Positions 63,937 to 64,000 of a stretch of 64,000 bases of DNA are shown here, one piece after another (the first letter of the stretch is position 1; every line of letters begins with the position of its first letter). The notes beneath the pieces are model-generated. The model ran no database searches. It had not been told where the DNA came from and was given only the letters and a program-made list of their open reading frames with translations. Position numbers and translations under genes: made by a program. Source of the DNA: Marsupella aquatica (taxonomy: Eukaryota; Plantae; Marchantiophyta); assembly GCA_973895155.1 (NCBI GenBank), contig OZ316893.1, positions 3,080,390 to 3,144,389 of the forward strand. Reading direction: 5' to 3'.

Positions 63937-64000
63937 ATGTTTTTTTCTACAATTGCTGGATTTATTAATTATGGTCAGCAAGCTATACAAGCTGCTAGAT
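63937..64000 (+). pseudogene. ndhI: Start of NDH subunit I (cut by window edge)
   Basis: MFFSTIAGFINYGQQAIQAAR directly after ndhA. Confidence 0.85.

Larger units (their letters stand above)
60165..64000 (+). other. Nuclear plastid DNA insertion (NUPT) from the small single-copy region
   Basis: Plastid gene order ycf1-rps15-ndhH-ndhA-ndhI directly adjoining nuclear transposon DNA; left junction approximate. Confidence 0.9.

Noticed and set aside
60165-64000. Window being a plastid or bacterial genome with functional ndh genes
   Set aside because: Frameshifts in rps15 and ndhH, and adjacency to spliceosomal genes and plant transposons, indicate a NUPT

Overview
Repeat-rich nuclear DNA of a land plant, most likely a liverwort: the plastid insert is Marchantia-like but appears to keep unedited C-to-U sites. 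There is one clear host gene, a 3-exon delta7-sterol C5-desaturase-like gene (minus strand, 23867-25398). It sits among nested transposons whose ends and target-site duplications (TSDs) I read directly. (1) A complete 9.7 kb CACTA element (8588-18258, ATA TSD) carries a TnpD-type transposase, a divergent accessory gene and a SET-domain reading frame that appears to share exons with the transposase. (2) A DNA transposon family with CCCTGGGCCCTCA-type ends and 8-bp TSDs occurs as two MITEs plus a 17.8 kb copy with a decayed P-element-like transposase. (3) An L1-type LINE is present as a full-length copy with intact ORF2 and no poly(A), and as a truncated copy. (4) Also present are Helitron-type 3' ends with minisatellite arrays, solo LTRs (one 3.6 kb and ORF-containing), a CRE-like retroelement relic, and a copia locus rearranged by an inverted duplication. 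(5) A plastid-derived insert (ycf1 end-rps15-ndhH-ndhA-ndhI) runs off the right edge. All protein family assignments come from motif recognition by eye, not database searches.
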